DNA of 64,000 nucleotides, from NCBI GenBank assembly GCA_048885865.1, contig JBHLLF010000008.1, positions 1 to 64,000 of the forward strand. Reading direction: 5' to 3'. The notes below the pieces were generated by a model that was not told the origin of the DNA, made no database searches, and saw nothing but the letters and a program-made list of their open reading frames with translations. The stretch is from Candidatus Hermodarchaeota archaeon (GTDB lineage: Archaea > Asgardarchaeota > Thorarchaeia > Thorarchaeales > Thorarchaeaceae). This document shows, piece by piece, positions 10,025 to 18,886 of this stretch; the stretch's first letter is position 1; each line of letters starts with the position of its first letter. The translations under genes were made by a program, and so were the position numbers.

Positions 10025-11716
10025 GTGATCACTTGGGCGTTGCTATTCGATCTTCTGGGACCGAAGGTACTCGCCAAACGCGTTTTTGTCAAAGAGCAAA
10101 TTCCTCAAGATTTTCTCTTGCGTATTGTCGACAAGTATTCTGAAGTCATGTCTGATCTTGCGGGAAAACCCGTTGCTGCATCCATCGATGAAACACTAGT
10201 CTATCTCTCACGAGTAAATGAATCCACACTCGTTGTTGCCACAACTGATTCATTGGCGCCAGATAAAGAGGAGCTTCAAGTGGTTGAATCGATCGGTTCT
10301 GAGATGCGTGATGTCGCATCCCGCATGGCTATTAGAGACGCAAAGAACATGTTTGTGCCGCTGGTTGATGAGAAGCTTCGAGGAAAGATTCACATTTGCT
10401 TCATTTGTGCCTCAAATCCCCCACAACAGAATACCTCTGGAACTGCAGCAGTGAGGATTGCGAAACGACTCAATACAGGAGGGTCCACCTTCTCTAAACC
10501 AGCTAAAATTGGTCCATTTGATGTCCTTGTTTCCCAGATGACAATCGAGCACTTTGCTAGGTCGGAGTGGGATGAAAAAATGGACATTGTTGATGTCTTT
10601 GTGTATATTATTTTTCCACCCCTATCAGATAACGAAGTCATAGGTTTGATGACCCAGAAGATCAGAGCCAATTCATCTGCAAAGCTTCTGGTAGTTCCGG
10701 GTTCTGACAATGAATTGGAGGGTGCTAGAGACCTGGAGTCTTCCTATTTCATGGATTTATGTGATTCAGTTTCGCCTACTCCTTCCGATCTTGTCCTATC
10801 GGTTTTAGCTACCTCTGGATATACGGACATGCATCCAGAGCTGGCTCGCAAGAAGTGGTCAATCGACGAATCCATTGATTCAGAAATCGATACTGCTCCC
10901 TCAAGGGATGAACCATTGGGACACCAGGCTTTCTTCGTTATCGATAAGACAAAAGGTGAAGCACTCTTCACTTACCTATATGACAAGAATGCAGTCTACA
11001 TGGCTACGGCACCAAATGTGGTAGCGGCAATATCACAATTTCAGTTGGACGCCAGTCCAACGTCCACATCTGTCTTCTCAGCTGGTGGTCTCAAATACGC
11101 ACTAATTGAGCGAAGCGATGTCGTTTTCACATTGATAACTGGTGACAAAGAAGACGTAGAAGTTATGCGTGAACGATTCTCATTTCTGCCAGATCTCTAT
11201 CTGGATGAAACGCCAGAAAATAAGGAGAGCAGCGGAAGGCTTTTTGAATCACCTCCCTTTACACTGAAGCTTCTAGCGACACTCCCCCCGGAGGACTTGC
11301 CAGGTCGAATTGCTCCTCAAAAGCTTGAGCCGCCTGAATGGGAGCGTTTTGAATCAGAACTTGTGAAAGATTTCCTCCAGGCAGTATGGAATAATTTGGA
11401 TGGCCATAAGACTATTTCAGAGCTCTCGAGCAGTACGGGAGGTCCAGATATGGTCATGGGAGCAATCCATCTCTTGCGGAGAATGGAGGCTATAGAATGG
11501 AAGGTGCGAATCTACCCTGAAGACATTCCTCAGCTGGTGTATGAGGTTTCTGATGATGTTCGCAAACTCTATTCTCATATAGACAATATCATTGATCTTG
11601 TCGATGGCAAAAATACCATCAGTGCAATTGGCGCAAAGCTGGGATTTGATGAAAGCGTTCTATTGACTGTATTTGGCGAGCTTCATAGGCGAGGGAATAT
11701 TTCTTTCAAGGAGTAG
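10025..11716 (+). CDS. Longin-like / degenerate GTPase / longin-like / tandem winged-helix protein (paralog of 13576..15522)
   Basis: Collinear with the 648-aa GTPase, with C-terminal LDGHKTISEL and VDGKNTISAI wHTH repeats. The likely start is GTG 10025, after GGAGG. Confidence 0.6.
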   Translation: MITWALLFDLLGPKVLAKRVFVKEQIPQDFLLRIVDKYSEVMSDLAGKPVAASIDETLVYLSRVNESTLVVATTDSLAPDKEELQVVESIGSEMRDVASRMAIRDAKNMFVPLVDEKLRGKIHICFICASNPPQQNTSGTAAVRIAKRLNTGGSTFSKPAKIGPFDVLVSQMTIEHFARSEWDEKMDIVDVFVYIIFPPLSDNEVIGLMTQKIRANSSAKLLVVPGSDNELEGARDLESSYFMDLCDSVSPTPSDLVLSVLATSGYTDMHPELARKKWSIDESIDSEIDTAPSRDEPLGHQAFFVIDKTKGEALFTYLYDKNAVYMATAPNVVAAISQFQLDASPTSTSVFSAGGLKYALIERSDVVFTLITGDKEDVEVMRERFSFLPDLYLDETPENKESSGRLFESPPFTLKLLATLPPEDLPGRIAPQKLEPPEWERFESELVKDFLQAVWNNLDGHKTISELSSSTGGPDMVMGAIHLLRRMEAIEWKVRIYPEDIPQLVYEVSDDVRKLYSHIDNIIDLVDGKNTISAIGAKLGFDESVLLTVFGELHRRGNISFKE

Positions 11717-11730
11717 TGGAATCCACCTTA

Positions 11731-13311
11731 TTATAGACCAGATTGTTTTCGACTACCGATCCAGACTGTGACTAGGCTAGCAAACGCCACAATTGCCATA
11801 AGAGATCCTGAGGCAGCATAGAGGCTAATCCTAATCTCATCAGGGATGTTCTCCACTTCATATAAAGACACCATCAGCGTTGAATCCAAATAGTCTGAGG
11901 GATTGGAATTTGATATAAACCTGCAACGGACCTTAAACTCGTATTCTCCATCATAGAGATCCCTTGTGTCCACTTCGATTCGCCAGGTACGAGGATTTTC
12001 ATTTATCATACTACCATTGCTAGCTAGAGACTTAGATAGGCCGCTTGAGTCCTGTGGATTGATAAAAACACCAACCCATTCCAGAGAATAATATCTTTGA
12101 TTTTGAGCAATGATGCTAGTGCTGAAATTAACAAAGAACTTGACTTTTCCTGACAAGCGTGCCCCTTGTTCTACTTGGGTTCCATCTTCATAGAATATAC
12201 TGGTGAAGGACTGAAATGAATAGTCGTCGTGGAATGACCAACTTCCGACATCTCCCATTATCCCCATTCTGACAGCACATACCAGAAATGCCTGGAGGAA
12301 CTCTTCCCTACCCACCACGTCGCTTGCCATGATTCCAGTATGAAATACACTTCCTTCTCCGTACCTGTGCTGGTAAGCCACTACAGGGTCATTCGGCTCC
12401 TCGTCCGGATCAATGAAATGCCAATACCCAATAATTTGTGAGTCGGTGAAATTCTCCAGTCTATTCTCTTCGTGAGCACCGTAGCTAGAAATGATGTTCT
12501 GACCGTAGTTGTTTCTTAGATAGGTGCTGATTGGATGTGATGTGCTGGACTGAAAGTAGTCATAGTGATCACCTGTCCACCATTTCCAGTAGTTGCTAGC
12601 AACCCAGTTCCTGTTCTCCTCAGGCCATCTATGATATACTGATTTCCATGCATATGTGCCATTGAACTCCCATCCATGACCTTTGACTAGGCTAAGGTAA
12701 CCTACTTCGTCAGGTGAAGCCGGAGGGTAATATTTCACTTCAGCGAGGAAGTTGCATGCATCCATTATGATCAGTGTTCCGCCGGTTTCCACGAACCTCT
12801 TGTAGAAGTTGTACTCCTCAATTGTGACATACTCTGTGAATCCAAGAATTACTACATCATAGACTCGACTATTATTCTCAAATAATGCACCCATCGTGAC
12901 ATCAATTTCATCAATCAGCTCAACGTTCTCGCCCAAGGACAATCCCGCTATTCCTGCTTTGAAGCTTGTCAAGAAATTTGATAATCCTGCACTCCACCCC
13001 CATCCGTCCTTCACTGTCACATTGAGCAGATGTAAATCTGTATCGATGTAGTCCGTATATCCCATGTATTTTGAGTAGAAATTGTAGAATGCACTTGAAT
13101 ATGCTGTGTCAGTGAAGATAGGTTTCACAACGGCGATTCTCGGATTGCTATCATTAGCAAATAGGGGATCCAGAATTTTCGATTCTGGCAATGCCAATTC
13201 TACTTGAGAATTCGTCAAGGGGGCATTTACGACTCCTGCGATAATGACTGTAGTCATGACTAGGACGACTCCAATCAGACCCAAAACCTTGACCTCAAAA
13301 TTAGCCATCAA
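11731..13311 (-). CDS. Membrane-anchored secreted protein with an N,N-dimethylformamidase beta-subunit-like (class I GATase-like) domain and an Ig-like domain
   Basis: N-terminal hydrophobic segment, IAVVKPIFTDTAY, YDVVILGFTEYVT..EY....RFVETGGTLII, an Ig-like IEVDTRDLYDGEYEFKV segment and a C-terminal TM helix. Confidence 0.55.
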   Translation of the reverse strand: MMANFEVKVLGLIGVVLVMTTVIIAGVVNAPLTNSQVELALPESKILDPLFANDSNPRIAVVKPIFTDTAYSSAFYNFYSKYMGYTDYIDTDLHLLNVTVKDGWGWSAGLSNFLTSFKAGIAGLSLGENVELIDEIDVTMGALFENNSRVYDVVILGFTEYVTIEEYNFYKRFVETGGTLIIMDACNFLAEVKYYPPASPDEVGYLSLVKGHGWEFNGTYAWKSVYHRWPEENRNWVASNYWKWWTGDHYDYFQSSTSHPISTYLRNNYGQNIISSYGAHEENRLENFTDSQIIGYWHFIDPDEEPNDPVVAYQHRYGEGSVFHTGIMASDVVGREEFLQAFLVCAVRMGIMGDVGSWSFHDDYSFQSFTSIFYEDGTQVEQGARLSGKVKFFVNFSTSIIAQNQRYYSLEWVGVFINPQDSSGLSKSLASNGSMINENPRTWRIEVDTRDLYDGEYEFKVRCRFISNSNPSDYLDSTLMVSLYEVENIPDEIRISLYAASGSLMAIVAFASLVTVWIGSRKQSGL

Positions 13312-13575
13312 CGGTCCACCTCTGCTTCATACTAAAGCCGCAGCATACCTACTAAGGGTTCTTGGAAAAATCCACTCTTTAGGCTTTTTGTCAGGGCGAC
13401 AGTTTAAACGGAGTGTAGACATATTAGACAAGTTCTTTTACTCTTTGGCGAGGGGAGAATTACAAGGAAAGTACTATACCAGTAATCTTGATAGCAGGTT
13501 AGTTTATCTATGGAAATTGTAAGGCAGATGCAAGACTCATCAAGAGAATTGACTATCCTACGGAGTGAAAGATGA

Positions 13576-15522
13576 ATGATCCACAACGTTCTGTTGATTG
13601 ACAAGGTCGACGGTAGTGTTGTGACTAGAACCCGATTTTGGAAGATAGATTTCACAGATGCGGATATTCAAGAATTCTTGACCGGATGGAGAGACCTCCA
13701 TAGCACTGAAGGACTATCAGCAGATACACCAGTATACGTCGGCCCGCATAAGGTGTTTCACGGAGCAGTTGATGATGAGCTTGTCTTGATGTTTGTCACT
13801 GATGGCCGTGATGAGGAGAGAGCAATAAAGCACAAGATCCGTGAAGGAACTGCTCGAATATCTACAGCTCTCCGAGGTAACAGCATTGGTTATATCCGCG
13901 ACAACCTCGAGGACATTCTCGGTGAACTAATTTTCACCAGATTCAAGGTAAGCTATGTAGGAAGCGGTGGTGTTGGTAAGTCTACACTCTTGAGACTACT
14001 CTTTGGCAAGGAGCCTGCACCAGGCGGATACGTGCCTACAATCAATGTCGCTGTTGACTCCTCAGAAACAATTCAGTTCGGAACTTTTCTCGTGACCGTC
14101 TGGGATTTTGCTGGACAGGCTGTCTTCCAGGACCTCTGGCAATTCTACTTCGCTGGTACAGACGTGATCTTTCTAGTGACAGATTCCAGTTTCAGAAACG
14201 TGATGCAGACAAAGACTCTTCTCAGAACGATAAAGAAAGAGGCACCTGCAGTTCCGTTGTTCATCATTGCAAACAAGCAGGATCTGCCAGAATCAATGAG
14301 AGGCGAGAAAATCCAGCGTCTTCTTGGTGCACCGACATTCAGTATGGTGGCTACAGATAAGACTCGTAGGGAGGAATTCATCCGCCTTATGCTTGAAGTG
14401 GCCGCGAAAACCGTGGGCGTCCAATTGCCTGATAGGCCCATCAGCGAGATGATTACTGTCCGTAAGGGAACTGAAGAGATTGCACCAGTGCCTGAAGCAA
14501 GACGAACGGCTGCCGCAGGCGATGGAGAATACGTTGTAGAGCCCTATCAAGAAACAGCTAGCACAGCTAGTGACACAAGTACGGGTTCCGAATCAACACG
14601 AGTAGAAGCGGACGTATCGACCTCCAGCCACTCCGATGAAATAGTGACTCCACAAGTCGTGGATACACGCATTCTTGAACAGGCGCGGATCTTGCATCTA
14701 CTTCTGATTGTGCAGAAGGAAGGACTATCAGAGGTATCCTACCACCTGAATTACTCAGGGGAGGAGATTGACACAAACTCGGTGGCGTCCCTGATTTCAG
14801 CCTTGGACTCATTTGGTGGCATAGACGGAGATGCCAGTGGGATTGCAGATAAGACTGACGCATTGGAAACCATAGAACATGAAGGAAATCTTGTGATGGT
14901 GGAAAAGTCGGACCACTTCGTGATGGCACTGATAGTCACCAATGATTCAGCTGAGGATGAGCACAGGCGAATTATGGGCGGACTACTTCGTGAGATAGAG
15001 CATATGTTCGAAGGCGTCTGGGAAACATGGGATGGCTCACCAGCTAAGTTCGAAACCTCTATGTTCATGGTACTCAACCAGTTGCCTTTGCGTCCAGTGA
15101 GTTTCGATTATATTGCGCGTGCTCGCGAGGCTGGAAAGGCGCTGCCTTTTGACAACCGAGAAGTAGGGAAGGCTGTGGTAGAGGTGAAAGCCGCTATCGA
15201 CGGGACTGCGACTGTTGGTGGTCTTGTTAGGAGTCTTGACCTTCCACGAGAAACAGTTATTGGCTGTCTTCAATTGATGGAACGTTTCGGTTGGATTGAC
15301 TTCCAGGTTGAGATTCAGCCTGATAGTCATCTTCGGAAGAGTGGAGAGGTGGATGAGGAAACTCAGAAGGCCTATGGTGCAGTAGTGGTCAAGTTTGTGG
15401 ACCTTTGTGATGGTTCTACAGCACTGCAGGATGTTGTGAAGAAGCTAAATGTCAGCTTGCCCGCAATGAAGTTTGTAGCAACGAAGCTTGTTCTTGATGG
15501 CGTACTTGAGGTAGTAGCGTAG
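13576..15522 (+). CDS. Multidomain Arf-like small GTPase: longin-like + GTPase + acidic linker + longin-like + two winged helices
   Basis: G1 GSGGVGKST, G2 YVPTI, G3 WDFAGQ, LWQFYFAGTDVIFLVTDS and G4 ANKQDLP (Arf-like). The flanking beta-beta-alpha-beta-beta-beta-alpha segments fit longin domains, and IDGTATV / CDGSTAL mark wHTH repeats. Confidence 0.85.
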   Translation: MIHNVLLIDKVDGSVVTRTRFWKIDFTDADIQEFLTGWRDLHSTEGLSADTPVYVGPHKVFHGAVDDELVLMFVTDGRDEERAIKHKIREGTARISTALRGNSIGYIRDNLEDILGELIFTRFKVSYVGSGGVGKSTLLRLLFGKEPAPGGYVPTINVAVDSSETIQFGTFLVTVWDFAGQAVFQDLWQFYFAGTDVIFLVTDSSFRNVMQTKTLLRTIKKEAPAVPLFIIANKQDLPESMRGEKIQRLLGAPTFSMVATDKTRREEFIRLMLEVAAKTVGVQLPDRPISEMITVRKGTEEIAPVPEARRTAAAGDGEYVVEPYQETASTASDTSTGSESTRVEADVSTSSHSDEIVTPQVVDTRILEQARILHLLLIVQKEGLSEVSYHLNYSGEEIDTNSVASLISALDSFGGIDGDASGIADKTDALETIEHEGNLVMVEKSDHFVMALIVTNDSAEDEHRRIMGGLLREIEHMFEGVWETWDGSPAKFETSMFMVLNQLPLRPVSFDYIARAREAGKALPFDNREVGKAVVEVKAAIDGTATVGGLVRSLDLPRETVIGCLQLMERFGWIDFQVEIQPDSHLRKSGEVDEETQKAYGAVVVKFVDLCDGSTALQDVVKKLNVSLPAMKFVATKLVLDGVLEVVA

Positions 15523-15531
15523 AATCTTTCG

Positions 15532-17691
15532 CTAGGTTTTCAGGATGATGCGTCCCTGAAATTCTGGAATGATGATTCCTTTTGGAGTATCAGGATAAGG
15601 GGTATGAATCATCACTCTCTTTCCTTTGCAGGATTTAATATACTGCTCAAGATTTGTCGCCGAAGAGTGAGCGCTTAGTCTTGCATATTCTACTTGACAT
15701 TCATGTGGCTCATAACCATGCAGTAAGTTCCATCCGGGAGTTCTAGGTGCCAAGTATCCACACAAGATTATAGCAGCATTCGGATTCTTTCTATGTTCCT
15801 TGAAGTGCTGTCTAGCCAGGCCTCCCCCCATCATTCCACCACCAGCTACTAGTACATCTTCCTTGTCAAGAGTCACCTTGTTCTTCTTCATTCCTTGCCA
15901 GTCACCTGACACGCCAACTAGTTTGGTGACATGCTCGGCAAGGCCTGCAACCATCACATTCCTTTGCTTGGTTATGCCGAGATTGTCCAATGTCACAAGT
16001 ATCTCCTGTGACCTTCCGACTGCAAAACTTGGTATGATCACTGGCCCGCTATTCTGAACGACCTGCGTGATAATTTCTGCGACCTTCTGCCGATCAAAGT
16101 CCTCTCTCCCCCAATATGTTCCATCAAAGATTACCATGTCTGGGTCTGTGGGAAGGTTTGCACCGGGGAATAAGACTGACTTATCTAGATTGAAATCTCC
16201 GCTGTACAAAATCTTCACACCTTCAATATCCACAAGGTATGAAACGCTCCCTGGAATATGTGAGGCATCAATGGGTGTCACTACTATTCCGGGTCCAACT
16301 TCGCTGCTCTTTCCAAGCTCAAGACTGACATGATTCTTTGTGACTTTGTCCACGTTTGTCTGATTGAGACGCGATATCAAATCCCGCTTATTCTTCTTTC
16401 TAGGTGGATGAGGTGTACCTACTTTGATTGCATCTTCCAGAAGTGCCTTTGTGACTGCACCAGTGACTCCAACTGAACACCATTTCCCGATGTATTTCTC
16501 ATATAATACTGGCAGTCCTCCGATGTGGTCTAGGTGTGAATGACTCACCAGAATAGAATCAATCATCTCCAGTTCTGGAGCCCACTCAGGAATTCTTTGA
16601 TTTGCAACTGACAGGCCGAAGTCCATCAATACGCCGCCAGTATCTGTCTTAATGAGTATCCCACTATGACCTATCCTTGGCCCCCCGAGAAAAATGACCT
16701 CGATGCGTTTAGTTCTAGTTGAGTAAGCAACTGCAGGTAGTAAATCCATCCTTAGCTTCTGCGGAATCATCTCAAAGACGACGGGGTCAATAGCAGGAGG
16801 GTCAGGAGGCGATTCAAGATCCTGTAACCGCACCGGCAGAACAGAGTCCTCATTTGACTGGAAGCCTGTCTTCTTGAAGACCTCGCGCACCTTCTTGTTA
16901 GCATCTTTTGGATTTAGATCCTGACGAATGTTCTTTTGAGCTTCAGCATTGGCTCTTCTTCGATAAATAGTCAGTAGCTCGGATGAAAGCCCATCAGGGA
17001 GCCAATCTTTCGTTGCTGCTCGAGTTTCCAGATATGAGCGGTTTCCCAATGCCTCCTCCAAATATTCCGAATGTCTTCTAAGTGTGTCAACTAGCCTGAA
17101 TCCAGAATGTTCGGTGAATTCTTCAGCATTGATATCAAATTCCTGACAAGTTTCAACTAGTACCTTCGGATTGAAGATAGGTGCGCCCAGATATTTGAGC
17201 CAGAATAGAACTCTATTGAAAATCCATTCCAGATCATCGCGATGTAGGAGCGATTCGAAGACCAACGCTTTCTTCAGCCACTCCTCCACTATGCTGTATT
17301 TGCGAATTGCCCTCATGGCGTAGCGATAGATATACCTGAAGTCCTCATCATCGTATTTGCCGAATATGAAACCATAGAATCCCAATGTCAGGCAGGCAAT
17401 CATATCGCCTTCATTAATCTCCGCCACTTCGTCACGATACACTCGCTGCAAGAGCTCATCCGTAGCTGTTGCGTCAGTGAGTGATTCGATTTCATTTCCT
17501 GTAGACTGAATGAGCGCATAAGGGGCAAGTTCCCTATTCTCTCCAAAGAAACCAATTTCTGCAATATTGGCTTCTCCCTTGGAGGAACGCCTAGCTTCAC
17601 TGAGTATTGTGGTCAGGACATTTGCAACGATGTTGTTCTTTGATTTTGGCATCTTGGATGTACCTAAGTCCATATCAGTCACTCCTGTCAT
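15532..17691 (-). CDS. MBL-fold beta-CASP family ribonuclease (aCPSF-like) with a ~330-aa unknown N-terminal extension
   Basis: FLGG..IGHS, LMDFG, SHSHLDHIG, ASHIPGS, YSGDF, DGTY, IPSFAVGRSQE, LSAHS and a terminal H motif. Confidence 0.85.
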   Translation of the reverse strand: MTGVTDMDLGTSKMPKSKNNIVANVLTTILSEARRSSKGEANIAEIGFFGENRELAPYALIQSTGNEIESLTDATATDELLQRVYRDEVAEINEGDMIACLTLGFYGFIFGKYDDEDFRYIYRYAMRAIRKYSIVEEWLKKALVFESLLHRDDLEWIFNRVLFWLKYLGAPIFNPKVLVETCQEFDINAEEFTEHSGFRLVDTLRRHSEYLEEALGNRSYLETRAATKDWLPDGLSSELLTIYRRRANAEAQKNIRQDLNPKDANKKVREVFKKTGFQSNEDSVLPVRLQDLESPPDPPAIDPVVFEMIPQKLRMDLLPAVAYSTRTKRIEVIFLGGPRIGHSGILIKTDTGGVLMDFGLSVANQRIPEWAPELEMIDSILVSHSHLDHIGGLPVLYEKYIGKWCSVGVTGAVTKALLEDAIKVGTPHPPRKKNKRDLISRLNQTNVDKVTKNHVSLELGKSSEVGPGIVVTPIDASHIPGSVSYLVDIEGVKILYSGDFNLDKSVLFPGANLPTDPDMVIFDGTYWGREDFDRQKVAEIITQVVQNSGPVIIPSFAVGRSQEILVTLDNLGITKQRNVMVAGLAEHVTKLVGVSGDWQGMKKNKVTLDKEDVLVAGGGMMGGGLARQHFKEHRKNPNAAIILCGYLAPRTPGWNLLHGYEPHECQVEYARLSAHSSATNLEQYIKSCKGKRVMIHTPYPDTPKGIIIPEFQGRIILKT

Positions 17692-18694
17692 TTGCCATTC
17701 GATACAAGCCCTGACGGCTATCTCTTAGAGACACATGTTTAGAAACCAGTCCGTCTGATATGAGAATGGAGAGCGCGTATCTTACGGTTCTAGGGGGAAG
17801 TAAGGTTTCATCAACTATTTCTTTCTGTGTTAGTTGTCCTTGATATTCAAGAACCTTGAGTACAAGCTTAGCGCTTGGAGGAAGGTCTTGAGCTAGGTCT
17901 CCAAAAGCTTCAGTCATTTGATGGAGCTTTCCTCTCAATGCTGCTACTCTTTCTTCTGATAGCTTGACAAAGACCGCATCTGCATCGGCACGTTCGATGA
18001 GGACTGGTCCACTATTGACCTTTCTGCGCAATTGCCCATCAAGAACAGCCTCTATCGCTACAGAGCTTGTCAAATCCCGAATCTCAATGAGAGTGGTGTC
18101 CTCCACGATAAGAGGTCGTCTTGCTGGATTAACACTGTTGACGGGGATTATTGTCATGACCTTTGCAGGAGGTAGCACAACTGGCCCACCAACACTCATG
18201 GAGTATGCCGTGCTCCCGGTTGGAGTTGCGATGATTAAACCATCGCTCCCATCCTTCCAGAATCGTTCGTTGTCAAGATGGAGCGAATAGCGAATTAGTG
18301 TTGCACTTCGCCGAGCAAAGATTGCTGCATCATTCAGCAAGGGAGGACTTGATTTGCCTGCGATAGACACCTGAAGTCTAGTTCTTCGGTCCTGAGTCCA
18401 TCGTGCTTCAAGGAGATCTGGGATCACATCTTCGAATGTGGATGCAGTCACATCAAAAAGGAAGTCAGGCTGACCCTTAGATGAAACGGGCAGGAATGGC
18501 ACGGTTGAGTTGCCTAGCTGAAGTAATGCATTGAGCAGGGTTTTGTCGGAACCTATGATCACGATTAGGTCAGAATCGAGTTTCTTAATTGAGGCTCCCT
18601 TTTTCTTCAGTGCTTTTCCTGTTTTTTCCTCAATCTGAATATCGACATCGTTTGATTGGAGCACACGCATGATTTCACGAGTGTCCTCTATCAT
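17675..18694 (-). CDS. NAD kinase-like protein fused to a C-terminal winged-helix DNA-binding domain
   Basis: LND, SDGLIIATPTGSTAYSMSVGGP and DGQ (NAD kinase), with GGDGT replaced by GSDKT. The C-terminal LPPSAKLVLKVLEYQGQLTQKEI..ETLLPPRTVRYALSIL...GLV is an archaeal wHTH. The true start may be ATT at 18733. Confidence 0.85.
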   Translation of the reverse strand: MIEDTREIMRVLQSNDVDIQIEEKTGKALKKKGASIKKLDSDLIVIIGSDKTLLNALLQLGNSTVPFLPVSSKGQPDFLFDVTASTFEDVIPDLLEARWTQDRRTRLQVSIAGKSSPPLLNDAAIFARRSATLIRYSLHLDNERFWKDGSDGLIIATPTGSTAYSMSVGGPVVLPPAKVMTIIPVNSVNPARRPLIVEDTTLIEIRDLTSSVAIEAVLDGQLRRKVNSGPVLIERADADAVFVKLSEERVAALRGKLHQMTEAFGDLAQDLPPSAKLVLKVLEYQGQLTQKEIVDETLLPPRTVRYALSILISDGLVSKHVSLRDSRQGLYRMANDRSD

Positions 18695-18815
18695 GCTTGC
18701 CTCTAATCCTGATATGACGCCAATCTTCGTAATGGTGTCCTCCCATTTCTTCGAGAGTCTGCTTTTGTGGTCGTGTTCAACCTCTTAAATCAAGCTGGAA
18801 AACGGGCCTGAGCGA

Positions 18816-18857
18816 GGCAAAAGTTGCCAAACGAATATATGGAGGACAATGTTTGCC
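18816..18857. promoter_or_regulatory. Two palindromic putative operator sites (GGCAA-N3-TTGCC and GACAA-N3-TTGCC) flanking a TATA-like AATATAT upstream of nadA
   Basis: GGCAAaagTTGCC at 18816-18828, AATATAT at 18834-18840 and GACAAtgtTTGCC at 18845-18857. Confidence 0.55.
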
Positions 18858-18886
18858 GATTGTGATTTGGTTAATAGTTCAAAAAG

